Made by a program: the position numbers and the translations under genes | Notes under the pieces: generated by a model | What the model saw: only the letters and a program-made list of their open reading frames with translations | The model's database searches: none | Told to the model about the DNA's origin: nothing | DNA from: Desulfotalea psychrophila LSv54 | GTDB lineage: Bacteria; Desulfobacterota; Desulfobulbia; Desulfobulbales; Desulfocapsaceae | Length of the DNA stretch: 32,000 nt | NCBI RefSeq assembly: GCF_000025945.1 | Contig: NC_006138.1 | Coordinates: forward strand, 3,120,001 to 3,152,000 | Direction: 5' to 3' | In this document: in pieces, positions 1 to 7,965 of the stretch | Numbering within the stretch: position 1 is the stretch's first letter | How the letters are laid out: every line of letters begins with the position of its first letter

Positions 1-425
1 CGGCCATGACCAATAGAGAGAGGGCCCGTAGGGTTAGCGCTGACAAATTCAACCATCACCTTACGACCGGCGCCCACCTGACTGCGACCAAAGTTCTCTC
101 CTGCAGAAAAGACCTCAGCCAATACCCCGTGCCATACAGCTGGTTGAATGGTGATATTGACAAAGCCCGGGCCTGCAATCTCTACCCCTGCAACAATAGC
201 AGTTTCCAGGCCAAGCTTTTCGGCAACAATGCCCGCAAGCTCACGCGGATTGCGTTTTTCAATACCTGCAAGCACCAGAGCTATATTGGTCGAAAAATCG
301 CCCTGCCCCTCATGCTTTGGCAACTCTACGGTATACTTGCCAGCACCACGATCACTCCACGATCCATTGTCTACACCTTCCTGAAAACAACGATCCAAAA
401 GCTCTTTTAACTGTGAACGAATCAT
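1..425 (-). CDS. argS: arginine--tRNA ligase, N-terminal 141 codons (gene continues beyond the left window edge)
   Basis: It is absent from the ORF track because it has no stop inside the window. My minus-strand translation from ATG 425..423 reads MIRSQLKELLDRCFQEGV...GPGFVNITIQPAVWHGVL...GRKVMVEFVSANPTGPLSIGHG. The FVSANPTGPL-x-x-GH block is the ArgS HIGH-region signature. The listed + ORF 6..410 is its antisense shadow. Confidence 0.85.
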   Translation of the reverse strand, partial: MIRSQLKELLDRCFQEGVDNGSWSDRGAGKYTVELPKHEGQGDFSTNIALVLAGIEKRNPRELAGIVAEKLGLETAIVAGVEIAGPGFVNITIQPAVWHGVLAEVFSAGENFGRSQVGAGRKVMVEFVSANPTGPLSIGHG

Positions 426-472
426 AAATAATACACCTTATCTAAAGCACTACGTGAAAGCACATTTTAAAA

Positions 473-1594
473 TCAATCTACATACAATCTATTGTTTGTA
501 TGCCCCAGCATACAAAGTATTTCATAGCTAATGGTATCTGCCCATTCGGCAATATCATCCGCTGTAATTCTCTCATTTCCCTGCTCACCGAGGAGTACGA
601 CCTCATCCCCTGCCGTCACATTTTCAATATCGGTAACGTCCACAACACAGGCATTCATACATATCTGCCCACGTACAGGAGCCCGCTGACCACGAATCAA
701 AACCTCGGCCTTATTGGACAGAGACCTACGATAACCATCCTCATACCCCGTTGGCAAAACAGCAAGAAGTGTTGGCCTTTTGGTAATATAGCTATGACCG
801 TAACTGACGCCTGTTCCGGCGGCCACCTTTTTAACCTGTAAAATTCTGCTACGAAAACTCATGGCAGGAATAAAGGGACTCGTGCCTCCACCCTCTATCG
901 CACCTGCAGGATGATAACCATAAATACTAATACCCGAACGGCCCATATCAAAAAGAGACTCGGGAAAGTTAAGCACGCCACCGGAATTTGCAAGATGACA
1001 AACAGTTGAAAATTCAGATTTTAAAACCACATCTAAACTTGCAAAGCGACGAATACCATCACGACTTGATGGAGAATTGACAACATCTGCCTCGGGGAAA
1101 TGGCTTAACATTCCGGCAACAAAGACCCCTGAAAGTCGGGAAATATTATGGGCTACGCCAAGTACCTGCTCAGGCTCAAAGCCCAGACGCCTCATACCTG
1201 TATCGACCTTTATATGACAACCTATTTCATAACCACGTTTCACCCCCTCTACAGAAAGGGCCACAATATCTTCATAGCAGTGAACAACGGGGGTTAGCCT
1301 ATAGTCAAACATAAGGCCGACCGCATCCAGATCAAAGCCAAGCATAACAAAGATATCACCGGTAATACCAGCATCTCGCAGGAGGACAGCCTCTCGAATC
1401 TCAGCTACGCCAAAAGAGCTACAGGCAACATCCTGCAGGGCCTTTGCCACCTCAACTGCGCCATGACCATAGGCATCAGCCTTGACCATAGCCATCAGCT
1501 TCCCACCCTGGCCCATCTTGTCCTGCATGGTCTTAAAATTTTTTCTTAAGGCAGAACGACATACAGTCACATTATTAAAGGAATTTCGTTTCAT
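473..1594 (-). CDS. alr: alanine racemase
   Basis: 373-aa ORF with the PLP-lysine motif MVKADAYGHG near the N-terminus. Length and the C-terminal YEILC..G....R.Y pattern are typical of Alr. Confidence 0.9.
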   Translation of the reverse strand: MKRNSFNNVTVCRSALRKNFKTMQDKMGQGGKLMAMVKADAYGHGAVEVAKALQDVACSSFGVAEIREAVLLRDAGITGDIFVMLGFDLDAVGLMFDYRLTPVVHCYEDIVALSVEGVKRGYEIGCHIKVDTGMRRLGFEPEQVLGVAHNISRLSGVFVAGMLSHFPEADVVNSPSSRDGIRRFASLDVVLKSEFSTVCHLANSGGVLNFPESLFDMGRSGISIYGYHPAGAIEGGGTSPFIPAMSFRSRILQVKKVAAGTGVSYGHSYITKRPTLLAVLPTGYEDGYRRSLSNKAEVLIRGQRAPVRGQICMNACVVDVTDIENVTAGDEVVLLGEQGNERITADDIAEWADTISYEILCMLGHTNNRLYVD

Positions 1595-1697
1595 AATCTT
1601 ATAGCTCCCAGGCCAGAATACACGAATGCATCCGACATATAAAAGTTAAAGTTACATACTCCGACACACCAACAAATGACGCATGAAAATTGTGCAA

Positions 1698-2132
1698 CTA
1701 ACGATTTTGTAACCAGGCCCTCCAGCCATAACGGCTAGAGAAAAATAGAGACCAACCAATGGTACAACAAAAAAATGCCAGATATGATGAAGGCAAAAGT
1801 GACATACGCAACAGAATACCCATGAAAGCCATACAGAAAACAAGTCCCCATGTTTTCCAAGAATATACAGCGCCCAGACAGGTTCCGTCATTGAGCAACA
1901 GTATACGCTGAATGCTCCTACGGGCAGCACGATCAAGAATCAAATACGATTTCAAACTTCCGGATATAATTGCCAGGATAATGATGAGATAAGACGAATG
2001 TCCCTTTTCAATATAGCTCATGCCACGATAAAAAAGAAAAACCCCCATAAATGTCCATAACATTGCAGCTACGGCTAGGTGAACTTTTCTTTTAACTCCT
2101 GGTTTAAAACGCAATAAAAAAGAATTGGCCAT
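1698..2132 (-). CDS. hypothetical small integral membrane protein (about 4 hydrophobic segments)
   Basis: 144-aa ORF with ATG at 2132..2130 and AGGAA about 10 nt upstream. It has several 20-residue hydrophobic stretches (HLAVAAMLWTFMGVFLF, LIIILAIISGSL, GLVFCMAFMGILL, LAFFCCTIGWSLFF). I recognise no family. Confidence 0.55.
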   Translation of the reverse strand: MANSFLLRFKPGVKRKVHLAVAAMLWTFMGVFLFYRGMSYIEKGHSSYLIIILAIISGSLKSYLILDRAARRSIQRILLLNDGTCLGAVYSWKTWGLVFCMAFMGILLRMSLLPSSYLAFFCCTIGWSLFFSSRYGWRAWLQNR

Positions 2133-2257
2133 TTCAAATGGTTCCTTCGAAAATTCTTACCTGTACACTACCAAATCTATAACTTCATCTCAAAGGATAC
2201 CGCTTCAGCAGAACAGACACAACAACTTTATAAGATAGCAATATAACAGCAATCTCT

Positions 2258-2299
2258 ACAAACAAAACAAGCCCACCTTCCAGGAGAAAGATGGGCTTG
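2258..2299 (-). terminator. intrinsic terminator downstream of the ferredoxin gene
   Basis: Minus strand reads CAAGCCCA-N16-TGGGCTTG followed by TTTTGTTTGT, about 20 nt after the ferredoxin stop. Confidence 0.55.
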
Positions 2300-2319
2300 T
2301 AAACTGTATAAAGACCGAA

Positions 2320-2505
2320 TTACATCTCAGTTACAGTGATTGCGCCTTCAGGACAAACTTCAACGCAGGTCTCACAACCAAGACACTCATCAGGCTCAGC
2401 AACGCTAGCTTTACCATCTACCATCTCAAAAACCTGTGCTGGACATGCTGCTACACATTCTTCATCACCACTACACTTGTCTACGTCTACGATTACTTCA
2501 AACAT
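2320..2505 (-). CDS. small 2-cluster ferredoxin, Desulfovibrio africanus Fd III-like (CxxDxxCxxxCP + CxxCxxCxxxCP)
   Basis: 61 aa from the internal ATG 2505..2503, which has GGAGAAA 5 nt upstream. Sequence: MFEVIVDVDKCSGDEECVAACP...CLGCETCVEVCPEGAITVTEM. It has seven Cys, and Asp14 replaces the second Cys of the first cluster motif. The 135-aa ORF in the track is an unsupported 5' extension. Confidence 0.85.
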   Translation of the reverse strand: MFEVIVDVDKCSGDEECVAACPAQVFEMVDGKASVAEPDECLGCETCVEVCPEGAITVTEM

Positions 2506-2879
2506 GATAATTTCTCCATAAAGTTTCTTTAAAAGCAGAATTTCTACCTGCCAAATTTGCCAACGCTTACGCTTACGCGTTTCGTGTAATGTTCCATTAT
2601 CCGACCCCCCAGTTTTTGTCAAGAAAAAAGGAAAAGTTAGGGCCACCTCAAAAAAACAATAAGAAACAACCTGCCCATCAAAGCCGTTCAACCTTAATAA
2701 AACAATTGAAAATATCATATATTCCAAGCTAGTAAAGAAAAATTACAGACTACGAAAAGAGCATAGCTCTGTCCTTCTACCTTTTTTTTCACTTTACTGT
2801 TGACCCTCAGCTGACTTTCAAATTATGTTCAATAACTTCATTTAACATTCTTCAAATAAAATATAGGCAGAGAAAACTT

Positions 2880-3230
2880 ATGGCTAAGCAAACCGCACCA
2901 GAAAAGAAAAAACAGTACAAGGCAGAAAAACGCGAGAAGGCGATGATTGAAGGAATTCTTGAGGGAAGCCCTGATGCTATAGGCGTTGTAATCATTCGTA
3001 TAGGCTGCGGCTGTCGTAAAATGGCCGCTATTGCCAAAGATGGCGAACCGGCATCCAAGGTGATCATTTACCGAGATGGAGCCACCAGCATCTGTGATAA
3101 GTGCAAGGAAGATGATGGCGCCTTTATGCGGGTGACCGAATCCTTTATTCACTGGGTAGAGCCAGAACCAAGCGATAAGAAAAAAAAAGAGATCGAGCTC
3201 AAGGTATTAGGCTCAGCACCGACCAACTAA
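2880..3230 (+). CDS. hypothetical Lys-rich small protein with a CxC...CxxC (Cys4) core
   Basis: 116-aa ORF with Cys43/Cys45 (GCGC) and Cys72/Cys75 (CDKC). Both tails are Lys/Glu-rich (PEKKKQYKAEKREK; PSDKKKKEIELK). It is divergent from the ferredoxin gene. The RBS is weak (GAGAAA). I recognise no family. Confidence 0.5.
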   Translation: MAKQTAPEKKKQYKAEKREKAMIEGILEGSPDAIGVVIIRIGCGCRKMAAIAKDGEPASKVIIYRDGATSICDKCKEDDGAFMRVTESFIHWVEPEPSDKKKKEIELKVLGSAPTN

Positions 3231-3240
3231 GATCCGCCAT

Positions 3241-3275
3241 AAGGATGCCCCTCCAACCAGACGAGGTGCATCCTT
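3241..3275. terminator. hairpin between convergent genes (possible bidirectional terminator, no clear U-tract)
   Basis: AAGGATGC (3241-3248) and GCATCCTT (3268-3275) form a perfect 8-bp stem with a 19-nt loop. It lies between the stops of the 2880..3230 (+) and 3295..4011 (-) genes. Confidence 0.35.
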
Positions 3276-3294
3276 GCTGGAACAGTGAGAAGAG

Positions 3295-4011
3295 TTACGC
3301 TTTTTTCAAAGCGGCAGTAAGGGCATAGAAATGACCGGGAACTCGACTCTCAAAGCTCATCTCCTTCTTTGTATGCGGATGAGTTATGGTCAAATGGGCT
3401 GCATGCAGGGCAAGTCTTTTCATCTCATCGCTCTTAACCCCATAGATCTTATCGGCAATAATAGAGTGTCCCTTATCGGCAAGTTGAACACGCACCTGAT
3501 GCTTCACCTCGGTCTTCGGTCGTAGACTCAGCAAACTATAGTTAGCAGAGTGCTGAAGCAGGCTGTACTCTGTTTCTGCAGGACGGGTCTTCTCACCGGC
3601 AACCGTCACATACATCTTATGAATCATGTTTTCTGCCAAATTTGCCCGCAACACCCCCTCTGTCTGCACAGGCACCCCATGCACAGCCGCCACATAAGAG
3701 ACGTTAAAATCACTCCAATTATCGAGTAGATGACGTCTGGCCTTTTCTGTCTTGGCAAAGATGAGAAGCCCCGAGGCCTCCTTGTCCACATGATGGATGA
3801 GAAAGACCCTATTACTAGACTTGGCAACACCTTTTTTCACATAATTTGTCAGACGAAAATAGGCAGTATTTTCGTTGTCCTTATCTCTACTGGTGGTGGC
3901 AAGACCTGCTACCTTATCCACCAATATAATATCATTGTCTTCATAGACAATGGGTAAGCCCCTTGGCTGATATTTCTTGGGAGGGGCCTTAAATTTCTTA
4001 TTCGTTTCCAT
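3295..4011 (-). CDS. RluA-family pseudouridine synthase
   Basis: 238 aa with the catalytic-Asp motif HHVDKEASGLLIFAKT (the HRLDxxTSG equivalent). It has IYEDNDIILVDK near the N-terminus and a LHAxxL(T)ITHP block near the C-terminus. Confidence 0.85.
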   Translation of the reverse strand: METNKKFKAPPKKYQPRGLPIVYEDNDIILVDKVAGLATTSRDKDNENTAYFRLTNYVKKGVAKSSNRVFLIHHVDKEASGLLIFAKTEKARRHLLDNWSDFNVSYVAAVHGVPVQTEGVLRANLAENMIHKMYVTVAGEKTRPAETEYSLLQHSANYSLLSLRPKTEVKHQVRVQLADKGHSIIADKIYGVKSDEMKRLALHAAHLTITHPHTKKEMSFESRVPGHFYALTAALKKA

Positions 4012-4108
4012 AATTCATCTCTTTTATTTTCAGACAGGCAAGAAATACTTACCAAATAGACTACAAAGAACATTTTGTGCTTTGCTCTATACAAAGGAGT
4101 ATAGGCAA

Positions 4109-4602
4109 TTACAAGGGACTTTTCGTAGCTGAACAGCGGTACCTGGCAAGAAATTTATCCAGTTGATTGGCAAATTTTTGTCGATCAACCGAGCTCAGAG
4201 GCCGCGGACCACCCGTTTCTACCCCGCTTGCCCGCAGATATTCCATAAAATCCCGCATACTCAAACGAGAGGCAATATCTTCCCTTGAGAAAACCTCTCC
4301 CCGAGGCTGAGGACATATCCATCGCTATCAAGCACCCGAACTGCCAGAGGAATATCCGCTGTTAGCACCAGATCTCCTGCCTGCATCCGTTCAACAATTT
4401 CAGAATCTACCACATCAGGCCCCGAACCGACTCGATGCGACGAAATCCACGACAAAATCCACGACAAAATCCACGACGATTTTGGCACGGCAAGGTATCT
4501 ATTTGCCACCAAAAGAACCTCCTGTTGCAGACGATCGGCAACCTTATATAGAATTTCCTTACATGCAACAGGGCAGGCATCTGCATCAACTCAAATCTTC
4601 AT
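4109..4602 (-). pseudogene. yaiI: yaiI / DUF188 (UPF0178) family gene disrupted by a nonsense codon, an in-frame repeat expansion and a frameshift
   Basis: Minus strand from ATG 4602 reads [41 protein letters not shown](SWIL)x2[54 protein letters not shown]. After a reading-frame change near 4280-4300 it continues ...[45 protein letters not shown]...*. This matches E. coli YaiI as I recall it (IWVDADACP, GDLVITADIPLAA, RGERY, MRDFMDTLRASG..TGGP, DRQ.FA). TGA at 4593..4591 sits where the conserved Trp (TGG) is expected. The length of 494 nt is not a multiple of 3. Confidence 0.75.
4441..4476 (-). repeat. 12-bp direct tandem repeat x3 inside the yaiI pseudogene
   Basis: Plus strand reads CGAAATCCACGA / CAAAATCCACGA / CAAAATCCACGA. 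On the minus strand this is TCGTGGATTTTG x2 plus TCGTGGATTTCG, which encodes SWIL-SWIL-SWIS. Confidence 0.9.
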
Positions 4603-4635
4603 ATTTGCCGCAGTTCTATTTTCCAAAAGAAGATT

Positions 4636-4666
4636 AAAAAAATAGGGCGTGCCAAGGACACCCCCT
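4636..4666 (-). terminator. intrinsic terminator after the PNPOx-like gene
   Basis: Minus strand reads AGGGGGTG-TCCTTGG-CACGCCCT (7 of 8 bp paired) followed by A-TTTTTTT. It starts about 40 nt after the stop at 4707. Confidence 0.5.
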
Positions 4667-4706
4667 AGTTCAGACAACAGCTATACAATCTCCTCTCAGG
4701 CAGAGC

Positions 4707-5105
4707 CTAGAGAGTAAAACCAGGATCATCATCGCCCACAAGCTCACGCACCTCTTTTACCTTAAAGGTAACAAAGTATATGGTGTCACTAACAGGTAGT
4801 TCACAGTTTTTTGCGGGATGACGATGATACTTATTAACAAGTTCAGGATCGCTTGTCTCTTCAACAAGATCCAATTGTAGGCGAACGCCCCGATAATCAT
4901 CGCCCTCTTCAATAAAAAGATATGCCGCCTGACCATTGGTCAGTAGGTTGCGATGGGATCGCTTATCAGCCATGACAAAACCCAATATGCCATCAGCCAG
5001 GCAGTGTGGATGAGAATAGATAGCACTGTCCACCCTGCCATTAGCATCTGCGGTGGCAAAGACAGCGGTCCCTCTGGTGTTTTCAAAATACTCTGCAAGT
5101 TTCAT
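4707..5105 (-). CDS. pyridoxamine 5'-phosphate oxidase-like (FMN-binding split-barrel) family protein
   Basis: 132 aa from the internal ATG 5105..5103, which is preceded by GAGGGGAG. MKLAEYFENTRGTAVFATADANGRVDSAIYS...ADKRSHRNLLTNGQAAYLF...YRGVRL fits the PNPOx-like fold pattern. The family call rests on remembered pattern only. Confidence 0.6.
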   Translation of the reverse strand: MKLAEYFENTRGTAVFATADANGRVDSAIYSHPHCLADGILGFVMADKRSHRNLLTNGQAAYLFIEEGDDYRGVRLQLDLVEETSDPELVNKYHRHPAKNCELPVSDTIYFVTFKVKEVRELVGDDDPGFTL

Positions 5106-5838
5106 GATCTCCCCTCGTGAATTCCATAAAATAATCGAGATCCCATCGCCCCCTTGCACCGAATCTACGGCTGCAAAGAGTCTGGCTACAAAATCTCTAT
5201 TCCTTGCCATTGAAAACCAACAATGATCTTATCACCCAAGGCAAGAGTGGGAAAAAAGCCTAGGGGCGAATGCGTATAGGCCTCTCATCATTGATCTACA
5301 AAACAATATCCAGACACTATTGGGATATCGTTACCAGTTGCCATCGCCTGCTCCAGACAATTTTACAGGAAAGACGATATAAACATTGTACCAAAACATC
5401 AGCAAATAAAATAACATTTTCCCAAAAGTATAGTGAGCAGAAAAGAGCTGACACGCATCTCCCTTTCAATTCAACAAAAAAGAGAAGCCGACCCGACAAC
5501 TGTCGCCGGTCACAAGATCCATCTCGGAATAAAGAGACTCACAACTCACCATCGAAAAATGCCCCTCTACCATATGAACGAAGTGAACACCTAACTCCAC
5601 ATTCACCACTTAATATCATAATACAAAGACAAAACAACGACATTAGCCACTCTCTCCCCCTAAATATACTGCCTATACAGCCAGCACAGTATCCATATTT
5701 ACCGAAAACCCCTCACAAGACAACGTAAACAGAACAAACAATGCCCGCTTAATCATTGCAAAGAAATATCAGCAGTGCTAGGCTAAGAAAACAGATCATC
5801 ATTCATGTTAAATCTAAAATACGCGAACAGCAGGAGCT

Positions 5839-6471
5839 ATGAAACCAACAAATACAGAAATCACCATTGAGGCATATGATATAAACGCCAGTAAATATGC
5901 CAATAAATTCATGGAATTCATACCATACCAAGAAAAGATCAAGCTCTTTCAAGAAAATTTCCTAACAGAGAACTCAAGCATTCTTGACCTCGGTTGCGGA
6001 CCTGGAAACAATGCCAATTTTCTACTTAAGGCTGACAGAGGCTACCAAATCGAGGGGGTGGATCTGTCTGCCCAGATGATAGAGCTTGCCAAAAAAAATG
6101 CGCCCGATACCAATTTCAGAGTACAGGACATTCGCACCATCACCTCTGATAAGATGTACAATGCCATCATTGCCTCTTTTTGCATAGTCCACCTCGCGGA
6201 CCAAGAAACCTCTTCCTTAATAGAGAAGATTGCAAAAATGCTCAAAGAGAATGGCCACCTCTACCTCAGCTTTATGGAGGGAAAAGTAGCGGGACTCGAG
6301 AGCACAAGCTTCTCTAAGGAGGACATCTTCTTTAACTACTATGAACGATCCGAACTGGTAAAGTTACTTGCTAGAAATGATCTTGAAACCGTGGAAATAT
6401 TGGACGATGACTATAAAGAGGGGGATGGTTCTACCACCAAGGATGTTTTTATCTTTGCCCGGAAATGTTAG
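5839..6471 (+). CDS. class I SAM-dependent methyltransferase
   Basis: 210 aa with motif I ILDLGCGPGNN, an acidic post-I residue (GVDLS) and motif II/III spacing typical of a Rossmann-fold methyltransferase. RBS: AGGAG 4 nt upstream. Confidence 0.8.
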   Translation: MKPTNTEITIEAYDINASKYANKFMEFIPYQEKIKLFQENFLTENSSILDLGCGPGNNANFLLKADRGYQIEGVDLSAQMIELAKKNAPDTNFRVQDIRTITSDKMYNAIIASFCIVHLADQETSSLIEKIAKMLKENGHLYLSFMEGKVAGLESTSFSKEDIFFNYYERSELVKLLARNDLETVEILDDDYKEGDGSTTKDVFIFARKC

Positions 6472-6569
6472 TTAGCGAGCAAAGGGTTTTGCAAGAGAGG
6501 CTGGTAAACGTCAGAACCTCTCCTTGTGATTGACACAGCCAACCTCCCTCTGCAAAAGGAAGGAGATAG

Positions 6570-7943
6570 TTATGCCTTCTTTGCCTGCCTACACCTCGCC
6601 AGAAAGCCCTCCGTCCACTGCGGAGTACCATCGGCATGGACATGGGTATACATGGCCAAGACATTTTTATAGCAGAGGCCATCACGACCATCCCTAAAAC
6701 CTGTTCCCCGGGTCATCTTCAAACAGAGATCGGCGACATCACCATCCCAGCCAAGAACGGTGGAATAGCGAAATTCATGCCCCTTCACCTCAAGTCCCCG
6801 GGAATAGTAGGGATTTTCTCCCTCCACCTCAAAGATTGAATAGCCATGAGCCTGAGGTTTTTTTGACATGCCAAAACGGCTGGGAAAGATCCCGGCAAAG
6901 GTGAACTCCTCTTCACCCAACACCAGGGTCTGACCCAGATAAATCAGGCCGCCACACTCGGCATAGACGGGCATATCCGCTTCGACGGCATCCCGGAGGG
7001 AATGAAGAAAGGCCGTATTAGCGGCAAGGGCGGCAGCACTTGTCTCGGGAAAACCACCACCAATATAGAGCCCATCAAGCTCCGGCAGGACGGCATCATG
7101 AATAGCATCAAGGTAGACCAGTTCCGCCCCGCCTCGTTCAAGGGCCTCAAGGTTCTCTGAATAGTAAAACTGGAAGGCGGCATCACGAATCACGCCAATG
7201 CGAAGGGAAGGTGGCACGACTGGAGGCAGGAAACAGGAGTCTTTTTTGGCCTCAACCGACACCATCATCTCTTTTACCTGCTCCAGATCAAGATGTTCTT
7301 CGACCAAATCGGCAAGAAATTCCACGGCCGCATCACTGTCACCATACTCCTGATGGGGCACCATGCCCAGATGGCGCATGGGAAAGACCTCACGACGGGT
7401 GCGTGGAATCGTCCCCACCACAGGAATTCCCGTATACTTCTCAACGGCCTCAACCACGATCTTACGTTGGCGTCCCGTGGCTATTTGATTAAGGACAACA
7501 CCACAGATATTTACCCGGGGATCAAAGAGTTTACAGCCCAGGACAAGGGCAGCAATGGTACGGGTTGTTTTAGTACAATTTACCACCAGAAGAACGGGTA
7601 GGCCAAGATTAATGGCAAGCTCTGCCGTGGAAAAGCCACCCTCAACATTGACGCCATCATAGAGCCCTCTATTGCCCTCGACAATGGCATAGTCCGCCCC
7701 GGCTGCACGGCTAACAAAAGAACTGCGTATTGCCTCCTCCTCCATAAAAAACGGGTCCAGATTATAGCATTTTCCCTTTGCCGCCTCCTGCAACCAACCG
7801 GCATCTATATAATCCGGCCCCTTTTTAAAGGGCACCACCTCGGCCCCACTCCTTATCAGAGCAGCCGTTAGCCCAACAGAAACAATACTCTTACCGGAAC
7901 CACCCGATAAACCTGCCACCACAATTCCTTTTGTCCCTTTCAT
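6570..7943 (-). CDS. cbiA: cobyrinate a,c-diamide synthase family amidase (CbiA/CobB; DsrN-type siroheme amidase cannot be excluded)
   Basis: N-terminal ATPase domain has GLSGGSGKS and FKKGPDYIDAGW. The C-terminal glutamine amidotransferase region has YAECGGL. Start is taken at ATG 7943; a GTG at 7955 is an alternative. Confidence 0.8.
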   Translation of the reverse strand: MKGTKGIVVAGLSGGSGKSIVSVGLTAALIRSGAEVVPFKKGPDYIDAGWLQEAAKGKCYNLDPFFMEEEAIRSSFVSRAAGADYAIVEGNRGLYDGVNVEGGFSTAELAINLGLPVLLVVNCTKTTRTIAALVLGCKLFDPRVNICGVVLNQIATGRQRKIVVEAVEKYTGIPVVGTIPRTRREVFPMRHLGMVPHQEYGDSDAAVEFLADLVEEHLDLEQVKEMMVSVEAKKDSCFLPPVVPPSLRIGVIRDAAFQFYYSENLEALERGGAELVYLDAIHDAVLPELDGLYIGGGFPETSAAALAANTAFLHSLRDAVEADMPVYAECGGLIYLGQTLVLGEEEFTFAGIFPSRFGMSKKPQAHGYSIFEVEGENPYYSRGLEVKGHEFRYSTVLGWDGDVADLCLKMTRGTGFRDGRDGLCYKNVLAMYTHVHADGTPQWTEGFLARCRQAKKA

Positions 7944-7965
7944 ATTCTCAACCACAACGTTTTAA

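Noticed and set aside
6-410. 134-aa + strand ORF (and nested 148..384) at the left edge
   Set aside because: It lies exactly antisense to a clear ArgS N-terminus (HIGH-region signature) on the minus strand. It shows no protein-like features.
2548-2566. TGGCA...GGCA element (minus strand GCGTTGGCAAATTTGGCAG) upstream of the ferredoxin, as a sigma54 -24/-12 promoter
   Set aside because: The GG-to-GC spacing is two nt too short relative to TGGCAC-N5-TTGC, and the -12 element is GGCA rather than TTGC. The adjacent ACGCTT x3 hexamer repeat (2563-2580) is too short to interpret.
2506-2727. 74-codon N-terminal extension of the ferredoxin ORF (track ORF 2320..2727)
   Set aside because: The internal ATG at 2505 has a good GGAGAAA RBS and yields a canonical 61-aa ferredoxin. 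The extension is unlike any ferredoxin leader and covers promoter-like AT-rich DNA.
4591-4593. In-frame TGA in yaiI as selenocysteine or Trp recoding
   Set aside because: The position is a conserved Trp, and TGG->TGA is a single transition. TGA clearly terminates ribD and pilC in this window. The gene also has a frameshift and a repeat expansion, so pseudogenisation is the simpler explanation.
5270-5728. 152-aa + strand ORF in the long intergenic region (and 60-aa minus ORF 5317..5499)
   Set aside because: The predicted protein is extremely basic, low-complexity and S/T/P/N/Q/K-rich. It has no RBS. The ORF length is explained by G- and T-poor composition suppressing stop codons.
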